A stretch of DNA of 60,271 nucleotides. Source: a virus (Duplodnaviria; Caudoviricetes). Below the pieces are notes generated by a model. It was not told the origin of the DNA and made no database searches. It saw only the letters and a list, made by a program, of their open reading frames with translations. Both the position numbers and the translations under genes were made by a program. This document shows, piece by piece, positions 7,037 through 16,181 of the stretch; the first letter of the stretch is position 1; each line of letters begins with the position of its first letter. The DNA lies in IMG/VR virus record IMGVR_UViG_3300008261_000124, positions 1-60,271 of that record; one strand, written 5' to 3'.

Positions 7037-7874
7037 AAAGTCTATGCTTATTAGACCTTCTAACAGGTCAACAGACTTCATTAGTCCAAGCTTTGGACAT
7101 GGTTGCTTAGGTTTCAACTGTAGTTATTGTTATATGAAAAGACATAAACCTACAGGTTTAACAGTAGCCACTAACACAGAAGATATACTTACAGCTATTG
7201 ATCATCATTCTTGGTTTGCTGATGTAGAGAAACCTAATCAAACTCATGATGAATATATAAGCTACGACATCTCTTGCAATGAGGACCTAGCTTTACATTT
7301 AAAGTATCATGAGTGGAAAAAGATTTTTGACTTCTTTAAGAATCACCCAAAAGCTATGGGATCTTTTGCTACTAAGTATGTAAACAAAAAACTGCTTGAA
7401 TATAATCCAGAAGATAAAATTAGAATAAGATTTAGCTTAATGCCTCAAGTATATGCTGATCAGTTGGAACCTAATACTAGTAGTATAGAAGAAAGAATAA
7501 AAGCTATTGACCAGTTTATTGATGCTGGATATGATGTGCACATAAATTTCTCTCCTGTAATAGTTACTAAAAATTGGTTATTAGAGTATGAAGAGTTGTT
7601 TATTCAAGTTAATAGCTTTGTAAAGAATAAAGAAAAGATCAAAGCCGAGGTAATATTTCTTACTCACAATGAAGGTAAGCATCAGTATAATCTAGCCAAC
7701 AATCTACCAGGAGAAGATCTATTATGGAAGCCTGAGATACAAGAAGGTAAGATTTCACAGTATGGTGGAGAAAATATTAGATATAAACATGATCTCAAAG
7801 CTGAGTATATAAGACAGTGGACCGAACTACATGATAAGATACTCCCATGGAACACTATTCGGTATTGCTTTTAA
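7017..7874 (+). CDS. spore photoproduct lyase-like radical SAM protein
   Basis: GCLGFNCSYCYM cluster motif (Cx4Cx2C), FATK, RIRFSLMP, EPNTSSIEERI, GYDVHINFSP. Confidence 0.85.
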   Translation: MVEKVTRKSMLIRPSNRSTDFISPSFGHGCLGFNCSYCYMKRHKPTGLTVATNTEDILTAIDHHSWFADVEKPNQTHDEYISYDISCNEDLALHLKYHEWKKIFDFFKNHPKAMGSFATKYVNKKLLEYNPEDKIRIRFSLMPQVYADQLEPNTSSIEERIKAIDQFIDAGYDVHINFSPVIVTKNWLLEYEELFIQVNSFVKNKEKIKAEVIFLTHNEGKHQYNLANNLPGEDLLWKPEIQEGKISQYGGENIRYKHDLKAEYIRQWTELHDKILPWNTIRYCF

Positions 7875-7902
7875 ACAATTTAAAATAATAAAAAATATTA
7901 TC

Positions 7903-8379
7903 ATGAAAAGCTTTAATGTAAAAATAACAGCTGATGAACTAAAAACAATGTTAAAATTAGTTCTTTTGTGTAAAAATCCTGATAAGTTAGCAGATGTAAT
8001 AATAGGTAATCTTTCTAAAAATAGTGTTGGTTTAGAACAAGTTTATAAGGGTTTATTAAATATATTTCCAGAATGTCCTTATAAAGTAGGTCAATGGGTA
8101 TATGTAAATCTTAATGAATTTTATATTTGGCAAATAGATAAAGAAAAAACAAGACTTTTACCTCAAGTTTTAAATAATACATATTTACCAATAGAAATAA
8201 CTGATATTGATTTGTATTCTACATCACCTGTTAAAGCTAAAGCAACAATAATTAAGACAGGATCAGATACATCTGTAACAGAATCTGTGTATGCTGAATT
8301 AGATACAATAACGGGTATAGTAGAAAATTTAGAGGATTTTATTGAAAATATAGAAGGGATAGATAATGAAATTGTTTAA
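7903..8379 (+). CDS. hypothetical protein
   Basis: ORF track 7831-8379; start moved to MKSFNV to avoid the overlap. Confidence 0.7.
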   Translation: MKSFNVKITADELKTMLKLVLLCKNPDKLADVIIGNLSKNSVGLEQVYKGLLNIFPECPYKVGQWVYVNLNEFYIWQIDKEKTRLLPQVLNNTYLPIEITDIDLYSTSPVKAKATIIKTGSDTSVTESVYAELDTITGIVENLEDFIENIEGIDNEIV

Positions 8380-8384
8380 TCTTT

Positions 8385-8392
8385 TATATTTG
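8385..8392 (+). promoter_or_regulatory. Bacteroidota-type -7 promoter box
   Basis: TATATTTG matches TAnnTTTG, just upstream of ATGs at 8402 and 8408. Confidence 0.55.
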
Positions 8393-8407
8393 TGTAAAAT
8401 AATGATT

Positions 8408-8596
8408 ATGAGTGAAATAGAAGAAAAATCTTCATTTAAAAAACATAGAAAATATGTTTATTTAGACAAATATGAGTTTCAAATTGAAGATATTAAACAA
8501 GATATTTCTTATTTAAGAAAAACTGTTTTGATTACTACAATTGCATTAACACTTGTGTCTGTAGTATTAGCTTTAAAAGAATTAAATATATTGTAG
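8408..8596 (+). CDS. small protein with a C-terminal transmembrane helix
   Basis: TVLITTIALTLVSVVLAL; start placed downstream of the promoter box. Confidence 0.65.
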   Translation: MSEIEEKSSFKKHRKYVYLDKYEFQIEDIKQDISYLRKTVLITTIALTLVSVVLALKELNIL

Positions 8597-8902
8597 ATGA
8601 TAATTTACCAGCTTCCTAACGGCAGGATAGTGTATATCTCCATAGAAGAATATTTAAACATTTCAGATAATGATCTGAATAACATAACAGGGGGAGAATA
8701 TCCAAAATCTGTGTGGGAAGGCTCGGTATTAGATTGTAAAAGTTCTAAAAAAAGAACTACTGTAAATAATGAACTAGATTATATACCTGATAGTGAAGAA
8801 ATTGAATCAGTATATACTCAAGTGTCTATAAATTCCTTAACAATGGATGAAATAGAATCTATGGAAGACCAAGATGATATTTCAGAAGAAGAAGAAAGCT
8901 AA
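8597..8902 (+). CDS. acidic hypothetical protein
   Basis: MIIYQLPNGRIVYISIEEYL, acidic tail. Confidence 0.75.
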   Translation: MIIYQLPNGRIVYISIEEYLNISDNDLNNITGGEYPKSVWEGSVLDCKSSKKRTTVNNELDYIPDSEEIESVYTQVSINSLTMDEIESMEDQDDISEEEES

Positions 8903-8933
8903 TTATTAATAAAAAATAATTGCTAAAAATGTG

Positions 8934-8961
8934 AAAACCAGGATGAGTTGCCTGGTTTTTT
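8934..8961 (+). terminator. intrinsic terminator
   Basis: AAAACCAGG/CCTGGTTTT hairpin plus T tract. Confidence 0.7.
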
Positions 8962-9021
8962 GCATTTATAATAATCACAACTCAAAATCAATTAATGTTT
9001 AACAACTAAAAACTAATCAAA

Positions 9022-9492
9022 ATGAATAGCAAAGTAAAAGTAACAGCAGATGAATTAGGTAATGTAGTAGTAGTATCAAAAAACAATCCAACATGGGCTC
9101 ACATTAGAGTAGAACAAACAAGAGTTGTGGTTGATGATAATGGTTTTGCTAGAAAAAGATCTATTAGTGCACTAATTCATGGTACAACAGAAGATTTAAA
9201 ATCTTTTGGTTGGGTGTTAGGACAAGAATTATCTGGTAAAATTATTTTCAAAGAAAGTTTACAACCATTCAATATGAAAGAACCTGAACGTGATTATAAA
9301 ATTGCAGGTAAAACAGGTATTGTATGTTGTTTAGATGGACAACCTATTTATAGAAAAACTTTCTATACTTTAAATTCTAATTCAGAAGATTTAGCTATTG
9401 CTCATAATAATACAGAAGATATTAGAGCAGCATATAGTACACTTACTGAAACAGATATTCAAGAATCCCAAGATTTATCAGTAGATCTTTAA
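9022..9492 (+). CDS. hypothetical protein (beta-rich, acidic tail; possible ssDNA-binding)
   Basis: ORF track; flanked by terminators. Confidence 0.75.
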   Translation: MNSKVKVTADELGNVVVVSKNNPTWAHIRVEQTRVVVDDNGFARKRSISALIHGTTEDLKSFGWVLGQELSGKIIFKESLQPFNMKEPERDYKIAGKTGIVCCLDGQPIYRKTFYTLNSNSEDLAIAHNNTEDIRAAYSTLTETDIQESQDLSVDL

Positions 9493-9500
9493 CAGTAACC

Positions 9501-9530
9501 AAGGAGAGGTAATAAAACCTCTCCTTTATT
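9501..9530 (+). terminator. intrinsic terminator
   Basis: AAGGAGAGG/CCTCTCCTT hairpin plus T-rich tail. Confidence 0.7.
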
Positions 9531-9555
9531 ATTTATAAACTTAACACCCTTAATT

Positions 9556-9993
9556 ATGTATACTAGAAAAAACCCTTACATTAATCATTATGAGAAAGAT
9601 CCTTATAATGATCATCAAAACTTTCTTTACAATAGAGCTTTACATGGTTTAAATATCTATTCTAAGAAAGAATTAAATGAACTAACTGTGGAAAAGAAAA
9701 AGAGAATCTTAAGAATTTACAAAAAAACACAGTATGTACTTAATCTATGGAAACAAGAACTTGTCAATGAAATGGCAAATGCTTTGTTTATGAATTTGTT
9801 TCCTAGAATGTCAATAACTCAAGAGATATTACACTTTGGAATAGAAGGTGATGAAACTTATATTAATAAATTAAGTTTTAAGATGTTGAAAATTAATAAA
9901 TCTCAGATTATTGAAAAACTCATTGAAAATAAACTATTACCTAAAAATTTTAACCAATTAGAACAAACTTATGAAAATAGAATCAGTCATTAA
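9556..9993 (+). CDS. hypothetical protein
   Basis: ORF track, 145 aa. Confidence 0.75.
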   Translation: MYTRKNPYINHYEKDPYNDHQNFLYNRALHGLNIYSKKELNELTVEKKKRILRIYKKTQYVLNLWKQELVNEMANALFMNLFPRMSITQEILHFGIEGDETYINKLSFKMLKINKSQIIEKLIENKLLPKNFNQLEQTYENRISH

Positions 9994-10204
9994 TGGAGGA
10001 GTATATATTTTACTTAGTCCAGAAAACAGCATGGAAGAAGAATTAATTAAAACTTTATGTAAACAAGAAAATGATATAGTTCAGATTAGATCTAATTTAA
10101 TTGTTTTAAATCAATCATTTACTAATGGTGTATTGATAGGTAAGAAGGTAGTGGGATCATTAAAAAGTAGAAATGACATTGAAGACAAAAAAGAAGAAGT
10201 GTAG
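9971..10204 (+). CDS. hypothetical protein
   Basis: ORF track, 77 aa. Confidence 0.65.
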   Translation: MKIESVINGGVYILLSPENSMEEELIKTLCKQENDIVQIRSNLIVLNQSFTNGVLIGKKVVGSLKSRNDIEDKKEEV

Positions 10205-10601
10205 TATTTGTGAAGAAGAGACTTTTATTTGGGCTAACCGAGATGGTATGAAGTTATGTAAGCAATGTTCTTATAATGGAGTTGCCAAACTTAGTAAAAT
10301 TAAACCAACTGCTAAGCATAAACCAATAGCATCTCGGACCCAAAAAAGGTCTAAAGAAGAAAGATTATATTCTGCTAAGAGAATACTTTATCTTCAAAAT
10401 CATCCTATGTGTGAAGCACATTTACCTGGTATATGTACAGAGTATTCTACTGATATTCATCACATGTCTGGTAAAATAGGTGATCTGTTAACAGATGAAA
10501 GATATTTTAAAGCTTTGTGTAGATCATGTCACACTTTTGTAGAAAATAATCCAGAAGTAGCAAAAGAAAAAGGATTTAGTATTAACAGATTAACAAAATA
10601 A
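10173..10601 (+). CDS. HNH-like endonuclease with zinc ribbon
   Basis: N-terminal CxxC pairs; CEAHLPGIC..STDIHH..LCRSCH. Confidence 0.7.
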   Translation: MTLKTKKKKCSICEEETFIWANRDGMKLCKQCSYNGVAKLSKIKPTAKHKPIASRTQKRSKEERLYSAKRILYLQNHPMCEAHLPGICTEYSTDIHHMSGKIGDLLTDERYFKALCRSCHTFVENNPEVAKEKGFSINRLTK

Positions 10602-10603
10602 TT

Positions 10604-10903
10604 ATGGGATACATAACAATAAATAGAGATATAGATGTAGACTTTGATGAAATAGAAGATTCTGATATTCTAGATATAATAGAAGATAGACTTGATACTT
10701 ATAAGAGAAGACAAAATAAGTTAGCTCATGCAGATCTTATAAATGATATCAAGGATCTGATTAAGGATTCAACAAGTCTACCAGAATCTAACACTACACA
10801 TATTGATGAAGGTTCTTTATATTATGAACTTAAACTTAAAGTATGTAAAGAGCTTATGAGCAAGTATAGTCTAGAACAATTAGAAACATTTTTAAATAAA
10901 TAA
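10604..10903 (+). CDS. hypothetical protein
   Basis: ORF track, 99 aa. Confidence 0.7.
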   Translation: MGYITINRDIDVDFDEIEDSDILDIIEDRLDTYKRRQNKLAHADLINDIKDLIKDSTSLPESNTTHIDEGSLYYELKLKVCKELMSKYSLEQLETFLNK

Positions 10904-10904
10904 T

Positions 10905-11030
10905 ATGAATGAATTTATATGTAGTGAGTGTGGTACCAAGTACAGCTCACCAGAATTAACACCTCCTCCAGGAATAAAGTGGAGTGATGGTCATGTATGT
11001 ACACCTAAACCTGTAAACAATGGAAAATGA
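10905..11030 (+). CDS. small zinc-finger-like protein (41 aa)
   Basis: MNEFICSECG...GHVC, below the track cutoff. Confidence 0.6.
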   Translation: MNEFICSECGTKYSSPELTPPPGIKWSDGHVCTPKPVNNGK

Positions 11031-11391
11031 GTTTGTTAGCTATACCCAAGCTCTAGCTCTTAAAGAATTAGGGTTTAATGAACCTTGCCTCTCTTTATAC
11101 TTAGATAATCACAAGAAAACAATGACAAGTAGTATGAAGGGAGCAGACACGAATAGTTGGTTAAAAGAACATTATTCAGGATATGGAAATAGTATTACTG
11201 CACCACTCAAACAACAAGCATTTAGATGGTTTAGAGAGAAACATAATTTACATCCAAGTATTATGTATAACGGTATTGGACAATATGATTTTACATTAAA
11301 AGGTGACTGGTCAGGTAGAATTTGGGATACCTATGAAGAAGCAGAACAAGCGTGCTTAGATAAATTAATAGAAATAGTTAAAATCAAATAA
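11020..11391 (+). CDS. hypothetical phage protein
   Basis: EFVSYTQALALKELGFNEPC...APLKQQAFRWFREKH...TYEEAE. Confidence 0.75.
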   Translation: MENEFVSYTQALALKELGFNEPCLSLYLDNHKKTMTSSMKGADTNSWLKEHYSGYGNSITAPLKQQAFRWFREKHNLHPSIMYNGIGQYDFTLKGDWSGRIWDTYEEAEQACLDKLIEIVKIK

Positions 11392-11392
11392 C

Positions 11393-11590
11393 ATGGGACA
11401 AGAAGTTAAAAAAGTATGGTTACTCTTTGATGGTAGATATAAAACAGATCAAGACAATGCAGTATGCTTTGAAGCTTGTGAAACACTTAAAGAAGCTAAA
11501 AAGAATGCAAAAGAGTATGGTAATGATACTGTAATAGTTGAAACAGAAGTACACGGTAAATATCTTAAAAATCATAAAACTATAAATTAG
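11393..11590 (+). CDS. hypothetical protein
   Basis: ORF track, 65 aa. Confidence 0.65.
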   Translation: MGQEVKKVWLLFDGRYKTDQDNAVCFEACETLKEAKKNAKEYGNDTVIVETEVHGKYLKNHKTIN

Positions 11591-11591
11591 T

Positions 11592-11801
11592 ATGAAAAAT
11601 AAAAAAGAAACAACAGAACAAGCACCAGTAAATGTTCGTGATAAGACTCTTGATATATTGGAAGAGATGGAAAGAAATCTAGCAAGATTAAAGCTAGCTT
11701 TCAAAGCAGGTCTAGATGAGATGGGAGAGATTACAAAGGAAGATGTTGATTACAATATTAATATTGTAAGTAGATTAATGTATAAAAAATTTGGTAAATA
11801 A
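11592..11801 (+). CDS. hypothetical protein
   Basis: ORF track, 69 aa. Confidence 0.65.
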   Translation: MKNKKETTEQAPVNVRDKTLDILEEMERNLARLKLAFKAGLDEMGEITKEDVDYNINIVSRLMYKKFGK

Positions 11802-11820
11802 CAATTAAAACTTAGAAATC

Positions 11821-12354
11821 ATCGGACAGTATTATAAAGCAGTAAACTTAGATAATATGGAGCATGTGTCTTCATATGATTATGGAAATGGTGCTAAATT
11901 AATGGAGCACAGTTACATAGGTAACAACTTTGTAGAAGCTGTAGAGTTTCTACTGATAAATGATGGTGATGATAAAGGTAGATGGGCAGACTCTAGAATA
12001 GTATGGGCAGGCGACTATGCTGATCTAGAAGAAAATGGAAAAAATATCTATGATAAAATTGCAGAAGACAATGGTTTACAATTTTTAGTAGAAGCTGTAC
12101 CATCTAAGTATCCCTACCTGGTTAACTGGGACAAGAAAGAGTATGTAGATAAAAGAAAGTGTCCTACCCCTGGAAAAGGTAATGATTGGCAAATACACCC
12201 ACTCCCATTACTAACCTGTGAAGGTAATGGTAGAGGTGGTGGAGATTACCATGGAGATAACGATTATGTAGGAACATGGTCAAGATGTGTAGTCAATCTA
12301 ATGAAAGAGATACCTGAAGGATTTACAGAAATAACTCCTAACTTTATAGAATGA
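11821..12354 (+). CDS. hypothetical phage protein (probable ATC start or mutated start)
   Basis: Frame extends upstream of 11857 as (I)GQYYKAVNLDN; KLMEHSY, WAGDYAD, HPLPLLT, GNGRGGGDY motifs. Confidence 0.75.
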   Translation: MGQYYKAVNLDNMEHVSSYDYGNGAKLMEHSYIGNNFVEAVEFLLINDGDDKGRWADSRIVWAGDYADLEENGKNIYDKIAEDNGLQFLVEAVPSKYPYLVNWDKKEYVDKRKCPTPGKGNDWQIHPLPLLTCEGNGRGGGDYHGDNDYVGTWSRCVVNLMKEIPEGFTEITPNFIE

Positions 12355-12584
12355 CAACAATACATGAGCTACAACAAATACTATGGGTTACAACTCCACA
12401 TGGAGATGGTATAGCATTATTTATAATGGATTATGGTATGCAAAACAACACAGTATGGGTTGTAGCTCTTGAAAATGATGGTTCTATAAAACATTATGAT
12501 AGTAGTCAAATAAAACTTTGTTATAATCACACAATTAATTTTAATATAAATGGGAAAAATGAAAGATTTAACAATAAAATTTAA
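12351..12584 (+). CDS. hypothetical protein
   Basis: ORF track; WVTTPHGDG..DYG. Confidence 0.7.
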   Translation: MTTIHELQQILWVTTPHGDGIALFIMDYGMQNNTVWVVALENDGSIKHYDSSQIKLCYNHTINFNINGKNERFNNKI

Positions 12585-12864
12585 AGGTTATCAAATCAGT
12601 GGAATTGCTCATTTAAAATTATGGGGTGGAGATGAAGGAACTATAAATATGGATAAATGTTTTATACCAGTAGATGAATTAACTCACAACAGAATTAAAA
12701 TCTGTATAAATGATGCAGGATTTGGTTGTGAAAAAATAACATCAGCTAGAGTAGACATTCATAAAATATATGGTGAACCACCTTATTATAAAGAATATGA
12801 TAGAAGTATAATTTTAGATGAACAACAATGCTTTGATGGCATAAGAGGTGTATTTTATGAATAA
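12550..12864 (+). CDS. hypothetical protein
   Basis: ORF track, 104 aa. Confidence 0.7.
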   Translation: MGKMKDLTIKFKGYQISGIAHLKLWGGDEGTINMDKCFIPVDELTHNRIKICINDAGFGCEKITSARVDIHKIYGEPPYYKEYDRSIILDEQQCFDGIRGVFYE

Positions 12865-13951
12865 AACTAGAGAAATAATACAAAAAGAAGTTTTAGAAGT
12901 TTTAAGAAAAACAAAAAGAGGATGTGTAAATGTTAGTGTAGGTGTTGGTAAAACTTTAATAGGTTTAAAACACATGAGTGAAAACTTTACAGATGACTCA
13001 TTCTTTCTTGTTGCTGCTCCTAAAAAATCTATTATACAAAGTTGGAAAGAAGAAGCAAAAAAACATAATTTAGAATACTTATTAGATAATATAACCTTTA
13101 CAACCTATTTATCTTTAAAAAAACAAGACTTAGACTATAAATGTCTCTATCTTGATGAAGCACATAACCTTTTAGAATCACATGAGGTATGGTTAAGTGC
13201 ATATAAAGGAAACATAATAGGGTTGACAGGTACCCCACCTAAATATGTTGAAAGCAAAAGAGGAAAGCTTTTTAATAAATATGTTCCGGTTGTATATTCC
13301 TATGTAATAAATGATGCAGTAAATGATAAAATCTTAAATGATTATCAAATATATGTTCATGAATTGCATTTGTCTAAAGCTAAAACAATAAAAACAGGTA
13401 AAGCTCCTAAGATGTGGATGACTTCAGAACAAGAATCTTATAATTATTGGACAAATAGGGTTAATTTTGCTAAATCTCCTAAAGAAAAACAAATAATGAG
13501 TATCATGAGAATGAAAGCTATTATGAGTTATCCTAGTAAAGAGCAATATGTAAAAAAACTTATAGAAACTATAAATGATAAACTTATAATATTTGCTAAT
13601 ACTCAAGAACAAGCTGATAAATTTGGTGTAGCAAGTTATCATAGTAATAATATAGAATCCTCTGATAATTTAGATTTGTTTAAAAAAGGTATTATTAATC
13701 AATTATCTTGTGTTTTACAATTAAGTGAAGGTGTAAATATTCCTAATTTAAAATCGGGTATAATTATGCATGCTTATGGTAATGAAAGAAAAAGTCAACA
13801 GCGGATAGGCCGGCTGATGAGGATGAATCCTGATCAAAAAGCAACTATACATATACTATGTTATAAAGATACTGTAGATGAAACTTGGGTAAAGAATTCA
13901 TTAGAAGATTATGATAATAATAAAATAATATGGACAGACAACTATTTTTAG
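12857..13951 (+). CDS. superfamily 2 helicase
   Basis: GVGKT (motif I), DEAH (II), GLTGT (III), EGVN, QRIGR (VI). Confidence 0.9.
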   Translation: MNKTREIIQKEVLEVLRKTKRGCVNVSVGVGKTLIGLKHMSENFTDDSFFLVAAPKKSIIQSWKEEAKKHNLEYLLDNITFTTYLSLKKQDLDYKCLYLDEAHNLLESHEVWLSAYKGNIIGLTGTPPKYVESKRGKLFNKYVPVVYSYVINDAVNDKILNDYQIYVHELHLSKAKTIKTGKAPKMWMTSEQESYNYWTNRVNFAKSPKEKQIMSIMRMKAIMSYPSKEQYVKKLIETINDKLIIFANTQEQADKFGVASYHSNNIESSDNLDLFKKGIINQLSCVLQLSEGVNIPNLKSGIIMHAYGNERKSQQRIGRLMRMNPDQKATIHILCYKDTVDETWVKNSLEDYDNNKIIWTDNYF

Positions 13952-13959
13952 ACAACCAA

Positions 13960-14241
13960 ATGGTTGAAATTGAACATGATGTAGATTTAGAAGAGGCAAT
14001 AAAAGAACTAATAGAACCAACACTTGCTATTGTAGTTTATAATGATGACTATAATACTTTTCAGCATGTTATTGAATGTTTTGTGGCTTATTGTGATCAC
14101 AGTCCTCATCAAGCAGAACAATGTGCACTAATTATACATAACAATGGTAAATGTGCAGTAAAAAATGGATCTAAAGATAAACTTCAACCGATTTATGAAG
14201 CTTTATTAGAAAAAGGTTTAACTTGTAAAATTGAAAAATAA
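13960..14241 (+). CDS. clpS: ATP-dependent Clp protease adaptor ClpS
   Basis: VYNDDYNTFQHV...QAEQCALIIHNNGKCAV. Confidence 0.88.
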   Translation: MVEIEHDVDLEEAIKELIEPTLAIVVYNDDYNTFQHVIECFVAYCDHSPHQAEQCALIIHNNGKCAVKNGSKDKLQPIYEALLEKGLTCKIEK

Positions 14242-14397
14242 ATGAGTTATAAATTAGCTAAAATGCAATCTGAAAGAAATGATAATTGTTTACCTGGGTA
14301 TAAACATGCATATGAAATTATAAAAGGGAGTGCTAAAAATTCCACTACTCCTAAATGGAAATGTAAAATATGTGGTAATATAGTAAAATCATCTTAA
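14242..14397 (+). CDS. small hypothetical protein (51 aa)
   Basis: C..H..CKICG, below the track cutoff. Confidence 0.55.
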   Translation: MSYKLAKMQSERNDNCLPGYKHAYEIIKGSAKNSTTPKWKCKICGNIVKSS

Positions 14398-14415
14398 TTT
14401 TAATATTTTTGTAAT

Positions 14416-14733
14416 ATGGCATGTACAGCAATTAAAATAGGAGATGTTAGAATAAAAATAATAACAACTCCGGTTTCTTTCCCTAATACAGAAGGAGTTA
14501 TAAGAAACTTTACAGATGTTCAATTATATAAATGTGATGATGATTTTATTCCAGAAGGATCTGCATCAAGAAGTATTCATGAAGATGATGAAGAAACTTA
14601 TCATAAAAAATTAAGAAAAGAATCTTTTGAAAGAGGTCATTTTGTGAAAGAAGAATCTACAGATATAGAATGGAATCCTGATTATAAACCAGAAGAAAAT
14701 GAATCTGCCCTTCAAAGTGATATGCTTGGATGA
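14416..14733 (+). CDS. hypothetical protein
   Basis: ORF track, 105 aa. Confidence 0.7.
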   Translation: MACTAIKIGDVRIKIITTPVSFPNTEGVIRNFTDVQLYKCDDDFIPEGSASRSIHEDDEETYHKKLRKESFERGHFVKEESTDIEWNPDYKPEENESALQSDMLG

Positions 14734-15007
14734 TAGCAATAGACCAGAAAGCATTCCTACCAGTAAATGGATAAAAAAAGGTGAATCTTATACAGTAATC
14801 AAAATAGGTAAATTATTAATACAAAATGGACTTGTTGGTTTTAAACTACAAGAAGTTAATATTGATGATTGTTACCCATACCAATTTTTTTCTGCTAAAA
14901 GATTTGGTATTCCTACTCCAGATAAATGGATAGAAGAAGAATTAGAAAGATTACTAAAAGAAGCTCAAGAAGAAGTTAAAGAACTAAATACTTATTACAG
15001 TGAATGA
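14699..15007 (+). CDS. hypothetical protein
   Basis: ORF track, 102 aa. Confidence 0.7.
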   Translation: MNLPFKVICLDDSNRPESIPTSKWIKKGESYTVIKIGKLLIQNGLVGFKLQEVNIDDCYPYQFFSAKRFGIPTPDKWIEEELERLLKEAQEEVKELNTYYSE

Positions 15008-15320
15008 TATTCAAACTAAAAACAATGCAATAACAAGTTACTTAGGTGGACCAGCTGTCCTTAAATCTTTATTCTTTAATGGATTAACAGATGAAGAATT
15101 TTATTTTGTAAGTCCAGAAGATTTACAATTTCATTTATCCTGGGATTGGATGATGCCTTTATGGAAAAAATTAAGGTTAGATATATCTTCAAGAGAAGAT
15201 CAAGTAGCTATGTTCTATGCTATGAACAAAGCTTTAGATGAAGTTGATCTAGAAAAATTACACAATCTAGTATCAATTTATTGTATTAACTGGTGTAAAC
15301 AAAAACAAATTAAACTATGA
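15000..15320 (+). CDS. hypothetical protein
   Basis: LQFHLSWDWMMP motif. Confidence 0.7.
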   Translation: MNDIQTKNNAITSYLGGPAVLKSLFFNGLTDEEFYFVSPEDLQFHLSWDWMMPLWKKLRLDISSREDQVAMFYAMNKALDEVDLEKLHNLVSIYCINWCKQKQIKL

Positions 15321-15469
15321 AAAGAGAAGCAAACCCCGTAAGACCTGAAGTAAAAGCTCACCAAGAAAGATTTATGAAAACTCCACAGGAAAGAGCTCAC
15401 ATTAAAAGATTAAAATCAGAACATAAAAAATACTTAAAAAACATAATCAAAGAAGGTTATGAAAGGTAA
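15317..15469 (+). CDS. small basic protein (50 aa)
   Basis: ATGA overlap with the upstream gene; open frame MKREANPVRPE... Confidence 0.55.
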   Translation: MKREANPVRPEVKAHQERFMKTPQERAHIKRLKSEHKKYLKNIIKEGYER

Positions 15470-15866
15470 AAAAGATGCAATGTTTACCTCTATGCTTAAA
15501 AAGCAAGGAGGTAAACTTGTTTATGCAAATAAATCTGATGAAACTATTTATAAATTATTTGTAGATAATCTTCAAGAAGGTCAATTTGTAGAAGTATTTT
15601 TTGATGCAAATAAAGATGATGGAACTTTAGCACAACTAGCTAAAATACATAAATGCATAAGAGAACTAGCTAAAGAAGCAGGTTACAATTATGAAGATAT
15701 GAAATTAATGGTTAAGAAAAAAGCAGGATTATGTATTAAGAAAGAAATAGAAGGTGAAACAATGATGTATTGTAAGTCATTTGGTCAAGCTTCTAAATCA
15801 GATCTTATTTCTGTAATTGAAACTATAATAGAAATAGGAGACTTACTTAATATTAATTGCCGTTAG
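15459..15866 (+). CDS. hypothetical protein, possibly NinB/Orf-like
   Basis: QLAKIHKCIRELAKEAGY..MK..SFGQASKSDL pattern; family call is weak. Confidence 0.55.
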   Translation: MKGKKDAMFTSMLKKQGGKLVYANKSDETIYKLFVDNLQEGQFVEVFFDANKDDGTLAQLAKIHKCIRELAKEAGYNYEDMKLMVKKKAGLCIKKEIEGETMMYCKSFGQASKSDLISVIETIIEIGDLLNINCR

Positions 15867-16158
15867 GTGCTAATTCTTCATCAGGAATTTCATATTCTTC
15901 TTCCTTAGTTTTACCTTGCTTAACAGCTTGTTGTTCTATTTCATAAACTAACATCATATTTACATGTATATTCATTTCATGTAAATTAGCTGGTGGATCA
16001 TTAGTTTTTAGTTTTTCTAAAACAGCTTTAAATTCATCTAGTTTCATAGAATTTCCTAATGCTGTTAATAGTTCAACAACTCTTTTATAGAAAGATCCAG
16101 AAACTTGGATATCTATTAAAGCATCATTAGGTATAGTTTGAAATTTAACTTTTGCCAT
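15853..16158 (-). CDS. hypothetical protein (lone antisense gene)
   Basis: Fills the gap between + genes; TATATTTG box on the - strand at 16170-16163. Confidence 0.75.
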   Translation of the reverse strand: MAKVKFQTIPNDALIDIQVSGSFYKRVVELLTALGNSMKLDEFKAVLEKLKTNDPPANLHEMNIHVNMMLVYEIEQQAVKQGKTKEEEYEIPDEELAPNGN

Positions 16159-16181
16159 AAGGCAAATATAATTAAAAAATC

